A stretch of 64,000 nt of DNA from Vicinamibacteria bacterium (GTDB taxonomy: Bacteria > Acidobacteriota > Vicinamibacteria > Marinacidobacterales > Marinacidobacteraceae), in contig OZ219815.1 in the NCBI GenBank assembly GCA_964291235.2, forward strand, positions 256,001 to 320,000, given 5' to 3'. Positions 21,921 to 31,378 of the stretch are shown piece by piece. Position 1 is the first letter of the stretch. Every line of letters starts with the position of its first letter. A program made the translations under genes and the position numbers. Under the pieces are notes generated by a model. The model made no database searches, was not told the DNA's origin, and saw only the letters and a list, made by a program, of their open reading frames with translations.

Positions 21921-22330
21921 CCGCCCGCGGGCCTGCGGCCCGCTGTGCCGACCTGGAGGTCGGCGTTCCCGTGCCGACGGTGACACCAGGGCTGGTGGAG
22001 GGGCCGTCCCGCCCGCGGGCCTGCGGCCCGCTGTGCCGACCTGGAGGTCGGCGTTCCCGTGCCGACGGTGACACCAGGGCTGGTGGGGGGGCCGTCCCGC
22101 CCGCGGGCCTACGGCCCGCTGTGCCGACCGGGAGGTCGGCGTTCCCTTGCCGGCGGTAACGCCAGGGCTGGTGGGGGGGCCGTCCCGCCCGCGGGCCTGC
22201 GGCCCGCTGTGCCGACCTGGAGGTCGGCGTTCCCGTGCCGACGGTGACACCAGGGCTGGTGGGGGGGCCGTCCCGCCCGCGGGCCTACGGCCCGCTGTGC
22301 CGACCGGGAGGTCGGCGTTCCCTTGCCGGC
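21921..22330 (-). repeat. 88-bp tandem repeat (about 4.7 copies), each carrying a family A REP palindrome
   Basis: Units start at 21921, 22009, 22097, 22185, 22273; each contains GCTGTGCCGACC(T/G)GGAGGTCGGCGTTCCC. Confidence 0.93.
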
Positions 22331-22424
22331 GTGACGTGCGACTGGGAAGCGGTGTGCGTCTCGCTCCCCTACCGGGAGAGCCGGCCGGTGCTCGGCTGTC
22401 GCGCTCCGGCGAGGACGAGGGCGA

Positions 22425-23588
22425 CTACCAATGCGAGGATTGGTCGGCGCGCACACGGTCGGGCATGTCGTAGCGCAGGCCCACGGCTTCGTACAGCGAC
22501 GCGCCGAAGGCGGCGACCAGTCCCCTGTTTTCTCTCCGCAGGAGTTCGCCGAGCATGTTGTCGAAGCGGAATTCATACAGCGCGAGCCGCATCCGGAACA
22601 TTCCATGCTTCGGGATCTTCAGCTTGTCCGCGCGGTCCTTGCCGATCAGCAAGCGGCAGACAGGATAGATGGTCTTGCGGACCAACTTCGCCCGCGCGGC
22701 GGGGTCCGTGGTCCCCGCGACCAGGGGCGCGGAGTTAATGAGCGCATGGGCCATGATGATCGCGTGGTCGCTGGGCGGCGGCTCGCAGGCAGACCCGATT
22801 TCGTACCACCTCAGAGCGTCCTCTTCGTCGGTGTAGAGCATCGCGTCGGGGACGCCCATGAGATGTCCGGCATAGCGCCATACGGCGCAGAAGCTCTCCC
22901 GCTCCTCCCTGGTATAGACCGCGCCCAGGGTCTCGGAGTGCTTCAGCGTCCTCGCCGAGAAACAGGCGAGTGAATAGCCCATGTGAGCGGCACTGATCGG
23001 TGTCCCGTGGCTATTGAAGTCCCATTCCGGGGACTGACTCTGGCTCAGCAGGTGCCGGACCTGCGCGTGAACCAAGCGGATTCGGACCGACAGCTTCCAG
23101 CCTTCGCCGTCCCGTTGCAGCCCCTCCGGCCAGAATATCTCCACCTGGTGCCGGTTGTTCTGCTGGAGCCGCCTGACGCCTTTGTCAAAGACGCGCCCCG
23201 TCTGGAAGAAGGACTCGCTGATCAGCGTTGAGAAGCCGTCGATCAGCGTCCCGGCCACGAACGCGGCGAAGACGTTGACGACATTGGACAGGAAGGCGCG
23301 GGCACCCGGCCCGAAGACATCGTGGTCGAGCCAGGGCGGCTCAGGTTCGGAGAAGACATCGCGCAGCGATTTCGGTGCGTCGCGAAAAACGTCCTCGTCC
23401 CGTTCCATGCCTGCCTTGATGAGCCGCGACGCCTCCGCTCGCGACAGCAGGGCAAGGTCCTTCACCGCCGCGTCCGCCAGAGGATCGCCGATCCGGGTGT
23501 GCCGGATGTAGATGTCGGCTCGCCGCTTGTCGATGGCAGCAGCCCTGGCATGGCCTTCGACGTACGCGGAAGGGACTCCCTTCACCAT
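22425..23588 (-). CDS. Oxygenase MpaB / DUF2236 family protein (start uncertain)
   Basis: IGDPLADA, GWKLSVRIRLVHAQVR, GTPIS, WRYAGHLMGVP. Confidence 0.8.
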   Translation of the reverse strand: MVKGVPSAYVEGHARAAAIDKRRADIYIRHTRIGDPLADAAVKDLALLSRAEASRLIKAGMERDEDVFRDAPKSLRDVFSEPEPPWLDHDVFGPGARAFLSNVVNVFAAFVAGTLIDGFSTLISESFFQTGRVFDKGVRRLQQNNRHQVEIFWPEGLQRDGEGWKLSVRIRLVHAQVRHLLSQSQSPEWDFNSHGTPISAAHMGYSLACFSARTLKHSETLGAVYTREERESFCAVWRYAGHLMGVPDAMLYTDEEDALRWYEIGSACEPPPSDHAIIMAHALINSAPLVAGTTDPAARAKLVRKTIYPVCRLLIGKDRADKLKIPKHGMFRMRLALYEFRFDNMLGELLRRENRGLVAAFGASLYEAVGLRYDMPDRVRADQSSHW

Positions 23589-23956
23589 GCATTCCGGCAT
23601 TTGTTTCCCCGGTAAGGACACGGACGTCTTCAAGACATGCTTCGCGCGCTTGGGCCGACGCCTGGAAGACGGAATGAGGAGCCGGCGGCTCCATGCCCGT
23701 ACCGGCACGGTCGAACGGCTTCGAAGACGTGGAGACGTTGGGGTGACACGTTCTGGAGCGCAGGATGGAGCATCGCATGAATGATATGCAGGGTGATGCA
23801 CAGACTTCCCGCTCACTCGTATTATTGCGATAAATCAATGATTTTCGCTATCTTGACAGTGACGCTATGGGGCGCAATGCCGGCCGGAGGCCCCTACCGG
23901 GAGAACCGTCCGGCGATCCGCTGTCGCACGCTGCGGAGTTGGGGGCGATGTCCATT

Positions 23957-24082
23957 CCGCGGGCCTACGGCCCGCTGTGCCGCTCTGGAGAGCGGCGTTC
24001 CCGTGCCGGCGGGACGCGGGGCTGAAGAGCGATGTGCGTTTCGCTCCCCGGCGGGGAGCGATGCCGGCCGGAGGCCGGCGCT
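23957..24082 (-). repeat. REP family A copy plus family B copy
   Basis: GCTGTGCCGCTCTGGAGAGCGGCGTTCCC (A, compensatory stem) and CGATGCCGGCCGGAGGCCGGCGCT (B). Confidence 0.75.
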
Positions 24083-24091
24083 TCGTTCTCC

Positions 24092-25303
24092 CTACGCCCA
24101 GGCGCCCGTTACGTCCAGCAGGCGGTCGATCTCGGCGGCGTTGTTGAAGAGCGCCGGCGACACGCGGAGCTGGGTATCGGCGACCCGGAAGCTCAGCTTG
24201 ATCCGCGCCGCCTCGAGGGATTGGCGGACCATTTCCGCGTCCCGGCCGTGTTCGAAGGCGACGATGGAGGAGCGGTTGCCGGGCGGGGTCAGAACGGCCT
24301 GTCCCTGGGCCGTAAGCCCTTCGTGGAGACGATGGGCCAGGCCCACCGTGTGGCGCTCGATGTTCTTCACGCCGATCCTGAGCAGGTAGTCGAGCGCCGC
24401 GCTCAACATGTAAACGGCTTCGAAGGCCAGGGTCGCGTACTCGAACTTCCGGGCGTCGTCGTAGAGCCGGTACTGGAACTCGCCCAGGTCCTCGGCCACG
24501 TGGAGATGCCCGTAGCGATCCGGCGCCACCAGATCCAGGAGTTCTTCCCGGACGTAGAACGGGGCCACGCCGTGCCCGGCGAGCAGCCACTTGTAGGTCC
24601 CGGTGGTGAAGAAGTCGATGCCGGCCGCCTTCACGTCCAGATCGAGCATGCCGATCCCCTGGACCGCGTCGGCGTAGAGGTAGGCGCCCCGGTCGTGGGC
24701 CAGTGCGGCGAGGGCGGCGAGGTCCTGGCAGTAGCCGTTCTGGTTCGAGACCCACGCCACGGAGACGAGGCGGGTGCGCTCGTCGATCTTCTCCGCGAAC
24801 GCCTCGACCGGCGCGGCGCCGGCGCGGGACGGCACGACGCGCACCTCGATCCCCCTGGTTTCGGCGAGGTGCTGGTAGAGGACGTAGGTGGTCTGAAAGT
24901 GAAGGTCGTCGATCACGACGTTGTCGCCGGGGCCGAGGTCGAGCGACCGGGCCACGATGTTCTCCCCCTCGCCGGTGGCGTAGAGCAAGGCAACCTCGTG
25001 CTCGCCGCCGCCGACGAGCCGGGCGAACTTGCGGCGCGCGGCGTGGGACTCGTCCACCATCGTTCCCAGGCTCAACGGACTCCGCGCCTTCGCCTCGAGG
25101 AATTCCCGGACGGCTTCCAGCACCGGGGTCGGCGAGGGCGCGATGTAGGCGCAGTTGAGATAGACGCCCTCCTCGACCACCGGGAAATCGCCCCGGACGC
25201 CCAGCGGATCGTCACTGGCCACGGCCGGGCTCGCCGGTCCTGGCTGGGTCAGCACGGCGGCAGCGGAAACGCTGCCGATGAACTCGCGGCGGGTGGCCTT
25301 CAT
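24092..25303 (-). CDS. PLP-dependent class V aminotransferase with a Tat signal peptide
   Basis: RBS GGAGG; MKATRREFIG twin-arginine signal; YLNCA, DAVQGIG, TYKWLLA, LRVSP. Confidence 0.85.
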   Translation of the reverse strand: MKATRREFIGSVSAAAVLTQPGPASPAVASDDPLGVRGDFPVVEEGVYLNCAYIAPSPTPVLEAVREFLEAKARSPLSLGTMVDESHAARRKFARLVGGGEHEVALLYATGEGENIVARSLDLGPGDNVVIDDLHFQTTYVLYQHLAETRGIEVRVVPSRAGAAPVEAFAEKIDERTRLVSVAWVSNQNGYCQDLAALAALAHDRGAYLYADAVQGIGMLDLDVKAAGIDFFTTGTYKWLLAGHGVAPFYVREELLDLVAPDRYGHLHVAEDLGEFQYRLYDDARKFEYATLAFEAVYMLSAALDYLLRIGVKNIERHTVGLAHRLHEGLTAQGQAVLTPPGNRSSIVAFEHGRDAEMVRQSLEAARIKLSFRVADTQLRVSPALFNNAAEIDRLLDVTGAWA

Positions 25304-25405
25304 GCCGACCTCCAGGGATGTGAGCGGACTGCGGCGATCATAGGGGGTTTCCCCCCGTTCCCACATCCGCTCGGCGCCTCCGACCGGTGGTAACATCACC
25401 CCGTT

Positions 25406-25858
25406 ATGGCGGTTCGAAAGGCCAAGTTTTTTGTGGGTGGCGGGCTGTTCCTGGCCGCGCTGACCGGCCTCCTGATCACCGGCGTCGAAGAGGGCAAGGC
25501 CTATTACCAGACGGTCGGCGAGCTGCAGGCGATGGGGCCGCGCGCTGAAGGCCGGCGGGTCCGGGTGGCCGGGGATGTGATCCCTGGAACGATCGTCTCC
25601 GAGGGCGAAGGCCGGGTCCGGTTCGAGATCGAGCACGAGGGCGCGACGCTCGCGGTGCTCTACACCGGCCGGGAGCCGCTGCCGGACACGCTCGTGGACC
25701 GGGCGCAGGCCGTCGCGGAGGGACACCTCCTCCAGGACGGCTCCTTCGAGGCGAACCACGTGCAGGCCAAGTGCGCCTCCAAGTACGACGCCGCCTACGA
25801 AGAAACGAAGACCGAACCCGCTCCCGCTACCCCCGCGGGACGGCAAGCGACCGACTAG
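25406..25858 (+). CDS. ccmE: Cytochrome c maturation heme chaperone, CxxxY type
   Basis: N-terminal TM, YYQTV.EL, RVAG.V, AKCASKY. Confidence 0.9.
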   Translation: MAVRKAKFFVGGGLFLAALTGLLITGVEEGKAYYQTVGELQAMGPRAEGRRVRVAGDVIPGTIVSEGEGRVRFEIEHEGATLAVLYTGREPLPDTLVDRAQAVAEGHLLQDGSFEANHVQAKCASKYDAAYEETKTEPAPATPAGRQATD

Positions 25859-25901
25859 CGCCCGTCCGGTGAACCGCTAGCCGCGGAACCGGAGACCAAC
25901 A

Positions 25902-27911
25902 GTGCACCACCTCGGCAACTTCGCGTTGATGGCGGTGGTGGTGATGTGCGCCTACGCGGTCGTCGCCTCGCTGGTCGGGGTCAAAAAGCAGTCCTCCCAG
26001 CTCGTCACCAGCGCCCGCCGGGCCCTGATTGCGGCCGCCGGCTTCTCGGCGCTCTCGGTGGCGGCGCTCCTCGCGCTCTTCCTCGCCGACGACTTCCGCT
26101 TCCAGTACGTGGCGAGCTACTCGGCGGCGGCGCTGCCCTGGTACTACAAGGTCTCGGCGCTTTGGGCCGGGAACGACGGATCGCTCCTTTTCTGGACCTT
26201 CCTGATGCTGGTGTTCGCGGCCGCCTGTGCCATTCGCCGGCGGAACGACGAACTCATTCCGCACGTGGTCGCGACCCTCGGCGGGGTCATCCTGTTCTTC
26301 GCCTACATGAACTACTGGGTGTGCAACCCGTTCGGGCAGCTCGCCGAGATCACCGCCGCCGGCCCCGTCCCCTTCACTCCCGGCGACGGGAACGGGCTGA
26401 ACCCGCTGCTCCAGCACCCGATCATGGCGATCCACCCGCCGATCCTCTACACCGGCTACGTGGGGTTCGTGATCCCGTTCGCGTTCTGCGTGGCGGCGCT
26501 GTGGACCCGGCGGCTCGACGCCGCCTGGATCCACAACACCCGCCGCTGGACGCTCGTCGCCTGGTTCTTCCTCGGCAGCGGCATCCTCCTCGGCGGCCGC
26601 TGGGCCTACGTGGAACTCGGCTGGGGCGGCTACTGGGGCTGGGACCCGGTCGAAAACGCCGCGCTGATGCCGTGGCTCACCGCCACCGCCTTCCTCCACT
26701 CGGTGATGATCCAGGAACGGAAGGGGATGCTGAAGATCTGGAACGCCGGGCTGGTGATCGCGACCTACCTGCTCTGCGTCTTCGGCACTTTCCTCACCCG
26801 GAGCGGCATCGTCTCCTCGGTGCACGCCTTCGCCTCCTCCGAGTTCGCCTGGCGCTTCCTCGTCTTCATCGTGCTGGCCGCGCTCCTCTCGGCGGCGCTG
26901 CTGATCACCCGGCTGAAGGACCTCCGCACCGAGAACGAACTCGAAGCCGTGGTCTCCCGCGAGTCCGGCTTCCTGTTCAACAACCTGCTACTGCTCGCGG
27001 CCTGTTTCGCGGTGTTCTGGGGGACGCTCTTCCCGGTGCTCTCCGAGGCGGTGCAGGGCGAGCAGATCACCGTGGGGGCGCCCTTCTTCAACCGGGTGAA
27101 CGTCCCGCTCGGCCTCGCGCTCCTGGTGATGACCGGAGTGGGGCCGCTGCTCGCCTGGCGGCGCTCGTCGGTGGACAGCCTGAAGCGGAACTTCACCGTC
27201 CCGCTCCTTTCGGGGCTCGTCGCCGCCGTGCTTTTGTTCGCTTTCGGAATGCGCCACCCCTACGCGATCCTCTGCTTCGCGATGAGCGCCTTCGTGGTGG
27301 TGACCATCAGCATCGAGTTCCACCGCGGGGTGCGCGCCCGCCGCGCCCACCGGGGCGGCAGCTACGGGACCGCGCTCGTGGACCTCGTGCAGCGGAACAA
27401 CCGCCGTTACGGCGGCTACGTCGTCCATCTCGGAATCGTCCTGCTCTTCGTCGGGTTCGCCGGGAACGCTTTCAACAAGGACGTGATTGCCGACCTGAAC
27501 CGCGGGGAGAGCACCGGCATCGGACCCTGGCAGGTGACGCTCCAGGACCTCCCCGGGGGGGAGACGCCGGTCTATGACTGGCTCGGCGCGCAGCTCCTGC
27601 TCTCGAAGAATGACGAGCCCATCGGCATCTTCCAGCCCCGCCGCCAGCTCGACAAGGCCACCGGGCAGGCCACCTCCGAGGTCCGCCGTCACGCCACCTT
27701 CCAGGAAGACATCTACCTCGTCTTCTCCGGCGTGACCGAGGACGGGCGGGCCACCGTCCACGTGTACCGCAACCCGCTGGTGCGCTGGGTCTGGATCGGC
27801 GCGCTGGTGATGTTCCTCGGCACCGTGCTCACCCTGCTCCCGAACCGCTCGCCCGTGCGGCGGGCGACAGCGACCACCGCCCCGAGCGGGACCGCAATGG
27901 AGGCTGTCTGA
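25902..27911 (+). CDS. ccmF: Heme lyase CcmF
   Basis: GLNPLLQ..HPP, WAYVELGWGGYWGWDPVENA, TRSG..SVHAFA. Confidence 0.96.
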   Translation: MHHLGNFALMAVVVMCAYAVVASLVGVKKQSSQLVTSARRALIAAAGFSALSVAALLALFLADDFRFQYVASYSAAALPWYYKVSALWAGNDGSLLFWTFLMLVFAAACAIRRRNDELIPHVVATLGGVILFFAYMNYWVCNPFGQLAEITAAGPVPFTPGDGNGLNPLLQHPIMAIHPPILYTGYVGFVIPFAFCVAALWTRRLDAAWIHNTRRWTLVAWFFLGSGILLGGRWAYVELGWGGYWGWDPVENAALMPWLTATAFLHSVMIQERKGMLKIWNAGLVIATYLLCVFGTFLTRSGIVSSVHAFASSEFAWRFLVFIVLAALLSAALLITRLKDLRTENELEAVVSRESGFLFNNLLLLAACFAVFWGTLFPVLSEAVQGEQITVGAPFFNRVNVPLGLALLVMTGVGPLLAWRRSSVDSLKRNFTVPLLSGLVAAVLLFAFGMRHPYAILCFAMSAFVVVTISIEFHRGVRARRAHRGGSYGTALVDLVQRNNRRYGGYVVHLGIVLLFVGFAGNAFNKDVIADLNRGESTGIGPWQVTLQDLPGGETPVYDWLGAQLLLSKNDEPIGIFQPRRQLDKATGQATSEVRRHATFQEDIYLVFSGVTEDGRATVHVYRNPLVRWVWIGALVMFLGTVLTLLPNRSPVRRATATTAPSGTAMEAV

Positions 27912-28405
27912 TGCGTTCCCTCCGACCACTGCTTGCCGCCGTCGCGGCGGCGGCGCTCCTCACCGGACCCGTCGTCTCCCCGGTCGTCTCTCAGGACCGC
28001 TACAACTCGGCCGACTACCAGCGGGTCACCCATGCCCTCACCTGCCAGTGCGGCGGCTGCAACGCCCTCGTCGGCGAGTGCGCGATGGACCGTTGCCCCT
28101 CCTCGGAGCCCATCCGCGAGGAAGTCGCCGAGCGGCTCCAGGCGGGCGAGGACGCCGAGGACATCATCGGGACGTTCGCGGAGCGCTACGGCCTGGTGAT
28201 CCTCTCGGCGCCGCCCACCAGCGGCTTCCACCTCTCGGCATGGATCCTTCCGGTGGTGTTCCTGCTGGGCGGGGCGGTGCTCGCGATCACCATGGTGCGC
28301 CGCTGGCGGAACGCCGTCCCCGCGGTCGCGGCGGCCGCCGCGACCGGCGAGGTCTCCCCCGAGGTGCTCGCCCGCATCGAGCGCGACGTCGATCAGATTC
28401 GCTGA
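27911..28405 (+). CDS. ccmH: CcmH-like cytochrome c biogenesis protein
   Basis: LTCQCGGC, ERYGLVIL.APP..GF...AW..P; starts at the ccmF stop. Confidence 0.82.
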   Translation: MRSLRPLLAAVAAAALLTGPVVSPVVSQDRYNSADYQRVTHALTCQCGGCNALVGECAMDRCPSSEPIREEVAERLQAGEDAEDIIGTFAERYGLVILSAPPTSGFHLSAWILPVVFLLGGAVLAITMVRRWRNAVPAVAAAAATGEVSPEVLARIERDVDQIR

Positions 28406-28436
28406 CCATCGAACGTCTCCGGGCCTGTTCCACCGC

Positions 28437-28751
28437 GTGACCCTCTTCCTGCTCGCGGTGCTGGCCGCCGCCGCCACCGCCTTCGTGCTCCAACCGGTGT
28501 TTTCGGGGCCCGAGACGGCGCCGCGCCGCGAGACCGACCGCCGGGTGCTGCGCCTCCAGGAAAAGCGGGAGCAGCTCCTCCTCACGCTCGCGGAGCTGGA
28601 CTTCGAGCGGGACGCCGGGAAGATCGCTCTCGAGGAGCACGCCGCCAGCCGCGCGTCCGTCCTCGCCGAGACGGCGTCGGTGACCGCCCGTCTCGATGAA
28701 CTGACCGCCCCCGCCGCCCGGGCTCCCAGGGGAAAGGGCAAGAAGAAGTGA
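28437..28751 (+). CDS. CcmI N-terminal-like membrane protein
   Basis: TM followed by L.ELDFE...GKI...E; inside the ccm operon. Confidence 0.65.
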   Translation: MTLFLLAVLAAAATAFVLQPVFSGPETAPRRETDRRVLRLQEKREQLLLTLAELDFERDAGKIALEEHAASRASVLAETASVTARLDELTAPAARAPRGKGKKK

Positions 28752-29878
28752 GACTCCGCCTCACCCCAGCCTTCCTCGCTGCGGCCCTCCTCGCCCTCCC
28801 GCTGGCGGCCGGCGGCCAGCCCGTCCGGGTCACCATCGTGAACGGAACCACCCAGAAACCGGCGGCGGTGGACCTCGTCACCCTCTACCGCCTCGGCCAG
28901 GGGATGGAGCCGGTGCACCAGATCGAGAACCCGGACGCCCAGGTGACCCTCGAGGCCCCCGCCCAGCCTGGCGAGGGGGCCCCCGCGGCCGGCGGCATGC
29001 GCCCCTTCCTCCTCCAGGCCACCTACCGCGGCGTCAACTACAACGCCCCGGTGCGGCTGACGCCGGGCGAGACGACCGAAGCCGCCATCGTCGTCTATGA
29101 CCCCTTCGAGGAGTGGGACGACGCGGAGATCGGCCTCTCCACCTGGCGGGCGCTCTACCGGCGGATGCCGGGGGAGGGGAACTCGCTCCGGGTGGACCAC
29201 ATCTTCGTGGTGGACAACCGGACCGATCCGCCCCGCACCTTCACGCACGAAGACGAAACCCTCCGCTTCCGACTGCCGCCGGAGGGCGCCCTGCTCGAGT
29301 TGCCCACGATCAGTTCTACCGGCGAAACCGGCATGCCGGTCCCGCAGAGCAGCTTCCCGGTGGGAGAGGCAGGCGACTACGCGATCCGCACCGCCTTCAA
29401 GCCGGGCGAGACCGAAGTCATCCTCTCCTACGCGGTCTCCTACGACGGCGAACGCCACGAGGCGGCGCTCATCGCGCCCCGGGCGAGCCCCGAGGTGTTG
29501 CTCCTCGCCTCGCCGCTCGATATCGAGCTCGAAATCCCGGCAGGAGTTCCCCCTGGCTGGGAAATCCTGGGACCCGACGAGGAGGCCCGGCTCACCGCCG
29601 CCCGCAAGTTCGGCGTCGCCGCCGGGGAGCCCGTCGGAATGATCTTCAGCGGGGGCACCCCTTCCCCACCGGCCGCTGGGGCGACCGGTGGGACCCCCGG
29701 GGGCCGCCAGCTTCCCGGGCTCGTGGCCCAATCCGAGGAAGAGCGATCCGCGGTGGGGACCGTCGGCCGGCTTCCGGACCCGACGATCGCCTCCAAGTGG
29801 GCGCTCGCGCTGCTGATGGCCGCCGCGCTGGGCTTCGGGCTCCTACACCGCGCCTTCGGCGGCGGCTCGTCCGGCTGA
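28748..29878 (+). CDS. Hypothetical periplasmic protein with C-terminal TM, in ccm operon
   Basis: Signal peptide, beta-rich body, C-terminal WALALLMAAALGFGLL; GTGA overlap with the upstream gene. Confidence 0.7.
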   Translation: MRLRLTPAFLAAALLALPLAAGGQPVRVTIVNGTTQKPAAVDLVTLYRLGQGMEPVHQIENPDAQVTLEAPAQPGEGAPAAGGMRPFLLQATYRGVNYNAPVRLTPGETTEAAIVVYDPFEEWDDAEIGLSTWRALYRRMPGEGNSLRVDHIFVVDNRTDPPRTFTHEDETLRFRLPPEGALLELPTISSTGETGMPVPQSSFPVGEAGDYAIRTAFKPGETEVILSYAVSYDGERHEAALIAPRASPEVLLLASPLDIELEIPAGVPPGWEILGPDEEARLTAARKFGVAAGEPVGMIFSGGTPSPPAAGATGGTPGGRQLPGLVAQSEEERSAVGTVGRLPDPTIASKWALALLMAAALGFGLLHRAFGGGSSG

Positions 29879-29981
29879 GGCCGGGGAGGAACCCGATGGC
29901 CGGCGGCGGCGCAGCTCGGGAGAGCGCGAACCACGCTCGCGGCGCGCCGCCGCGACACGCCGCCGAGGGCGAGGCGACCCG

Positions 29982-30698
29982 GTGATCCCTCCGCTCTTCG
30001 CGGCCGACCGGGTCACCCGGCGCTACCGGGAGGTCCCGGTGGTGGACGAGGTGAGCCTCGCGGTGGCCGCCGGCGAGATCGTCTGCCTCCTCGGGCCGAA
30101 CGGCGCCGGGAAGACCACGCTGATCCGGATGGCCGCCACCCTGGCGCGCCCGTCCTCGGGAACGCTCCGCTACCGCGGCGTGGAACTGAAGCGCGCCACC
30201 CCGGAGGCGCGCGGCTGGATCGGCTTCGCATCCCACCACTCGCTGCTGTACCCGGAACTGACCGTCGCCGAGAACCTGCGCTTCCACCGGCGCCTCCACG
30301 GATCCCGGACGGACATCGGGGCGCTGCTCGAGGCGCACGGCCTCGCGCACGTCGCCGAGGTCCCGGCGCGCCATCTCTCGCGGGGGACCGCGCAGCGGGC
30401 GACGCTCGCCCGGGCGCTCCTCCACGAGCCGGATCTGCTGCTGCTCGACGAGCCGTTCGCCGGGCTCGACGGAGCGGCCCGCGAGCGCCTCGCCGGGATG
30501 GTCCGCGCGGCCCGCGAGCGGGGGGCGGCGGTGCTCTTCGCCACCCACGACGTGGCGCGGGCGGTCACCATCGCCGACCGGGCGCTGGTCCTCCAGCGCG
30601 GCCGGGTGGTCCTCGACGATCCCGCCGCCGACCCCGAGACCGTCCGCCGCACCTACGACACCGCGGCCGCCGGCCTTCCCGCGGGAGAAGCGTCGTGA
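29982..30698 (+). CDS. ccmA: Heme exporter ABC ATPase
   Basis: GPNGAGKTT, LSRG..QR, LLLDEPFAGLD; precedes ccmB. Confidence 0.88.
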   Translation: MIPPLFAADRVTRRYREVPVVDEVSLAVAAGEIVCLLGPNGAGKTTLIRMAATLARPSSGTLRYRGVELKRATPEARGWIGFASHHSLLYPELTVAENLRFHRRLHGSRTDIGALLEAHGLAHVAEVPARHLSRGTAQRATLARALLHEPDLLLLDEPFAGLDGAARERLAGMVRAARERGAAVLFATHDVARAVTIADRALVLQRGRVVLDDPAADPETVRRTYDTAAAGLPAGEAS

Positions 30699-31378
30699 CC
30701 ACCTTCTCGGCCGCGGCGGCGATCGCCGGAAAGGACCTGCTCAGCGAGGCCCGTTCGCGCGAACGGCTGCCGGCGATGCTCCTCTTCGCGGCGCTGGTGC
30801 TCCTCGTCATGCACTTCGCCATCGGCCTCGATACGGCCGACCGCCACGAACTCGCTCCCGGGGTGCTCCAGGCCGCATTCCTGTTCGCCGGAACCCTGGG
30901 CCTTTACCGCAGTTTCGCCCCGGAGACCGAAGCGATGGCGATCCACGGGCTGATGCTCGGCCCGGCGGACCGTTCCTCCATCTACTTCGGCAAGCTGGCT
31001 TCGGGGACGCTCCTCCTGCTCGCCGTCGAGATCCCGGTGGTGGCGCTCTACGAGTTCTTCTTCCGGGCGAACCTTTTGGGGGGCCAGACCGTTACTGGTC
31101 TGCTAACCCTCGGTGCGATTCTCCTTTGCGGCTCTCTCGGTTTCATGGCTCTCGGCGTCACAGTGGCGGCTATCTGCGCCGCGACCCCGGTTCGCGAGGT
31201 GCTGCTGCCGCTGCTCCTCTTCCCGCTATCCGCGCCGTTGCTGATCGCGGGGGTTTCCGGGCTGCGGGCGGCGATGGCGGGCGATCCGGTCTGGGAAGCG
31301 GTGCGTTTCCTGCTGCTGGCCGCGATCGCATTCGTCTCCGTCTCATGGATGTGCTTCGAGTTCGCACTCGAGGAGTAG
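30695..31378 (+). CDS. ccmB: Heme exporter membrane protein
   Basis: KDLLSE.RSRE, multiple TMs, REVLLPLLLFPL. Confidence 0.88.
   Translation: MTTFSAAAAIAGKDLLSEARSRERLPAMLLFAALVLLVMHFAIGLDTADRHELAPGVLQAAFLFAGTLGLYRSFAPETEAMAIHGLMLGPADRSSIYFGKLASGTLLLLAVEIPVVALYEFFFRANLLGGQTVTGLLTLGAILLCGSLGFMALGVTVAAICAATPVREVLLPLLLFPLSAPLLIAGVSGLRAAMAGDPVWEAVRFLLLAAIAFVSVSWMCFEFALEE

Noticed and set aside
21225-22738. ORFs across the two arrays (YCDML / LLRHV / ATATCS peptides)
   Set aside because: Repeat periods of 31, 64 and 88 bp are not multiples of 3, so the peptides cycle through frames; they are artefacts of stop-poor repeats
31070-31370. T-rich codon usage in the 3' half of ccmB as a sign of recombination
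   Set aside because: Visible by eye but short, within hydrophobic TM codons, and with an intact frame; cannot be supported without statistics
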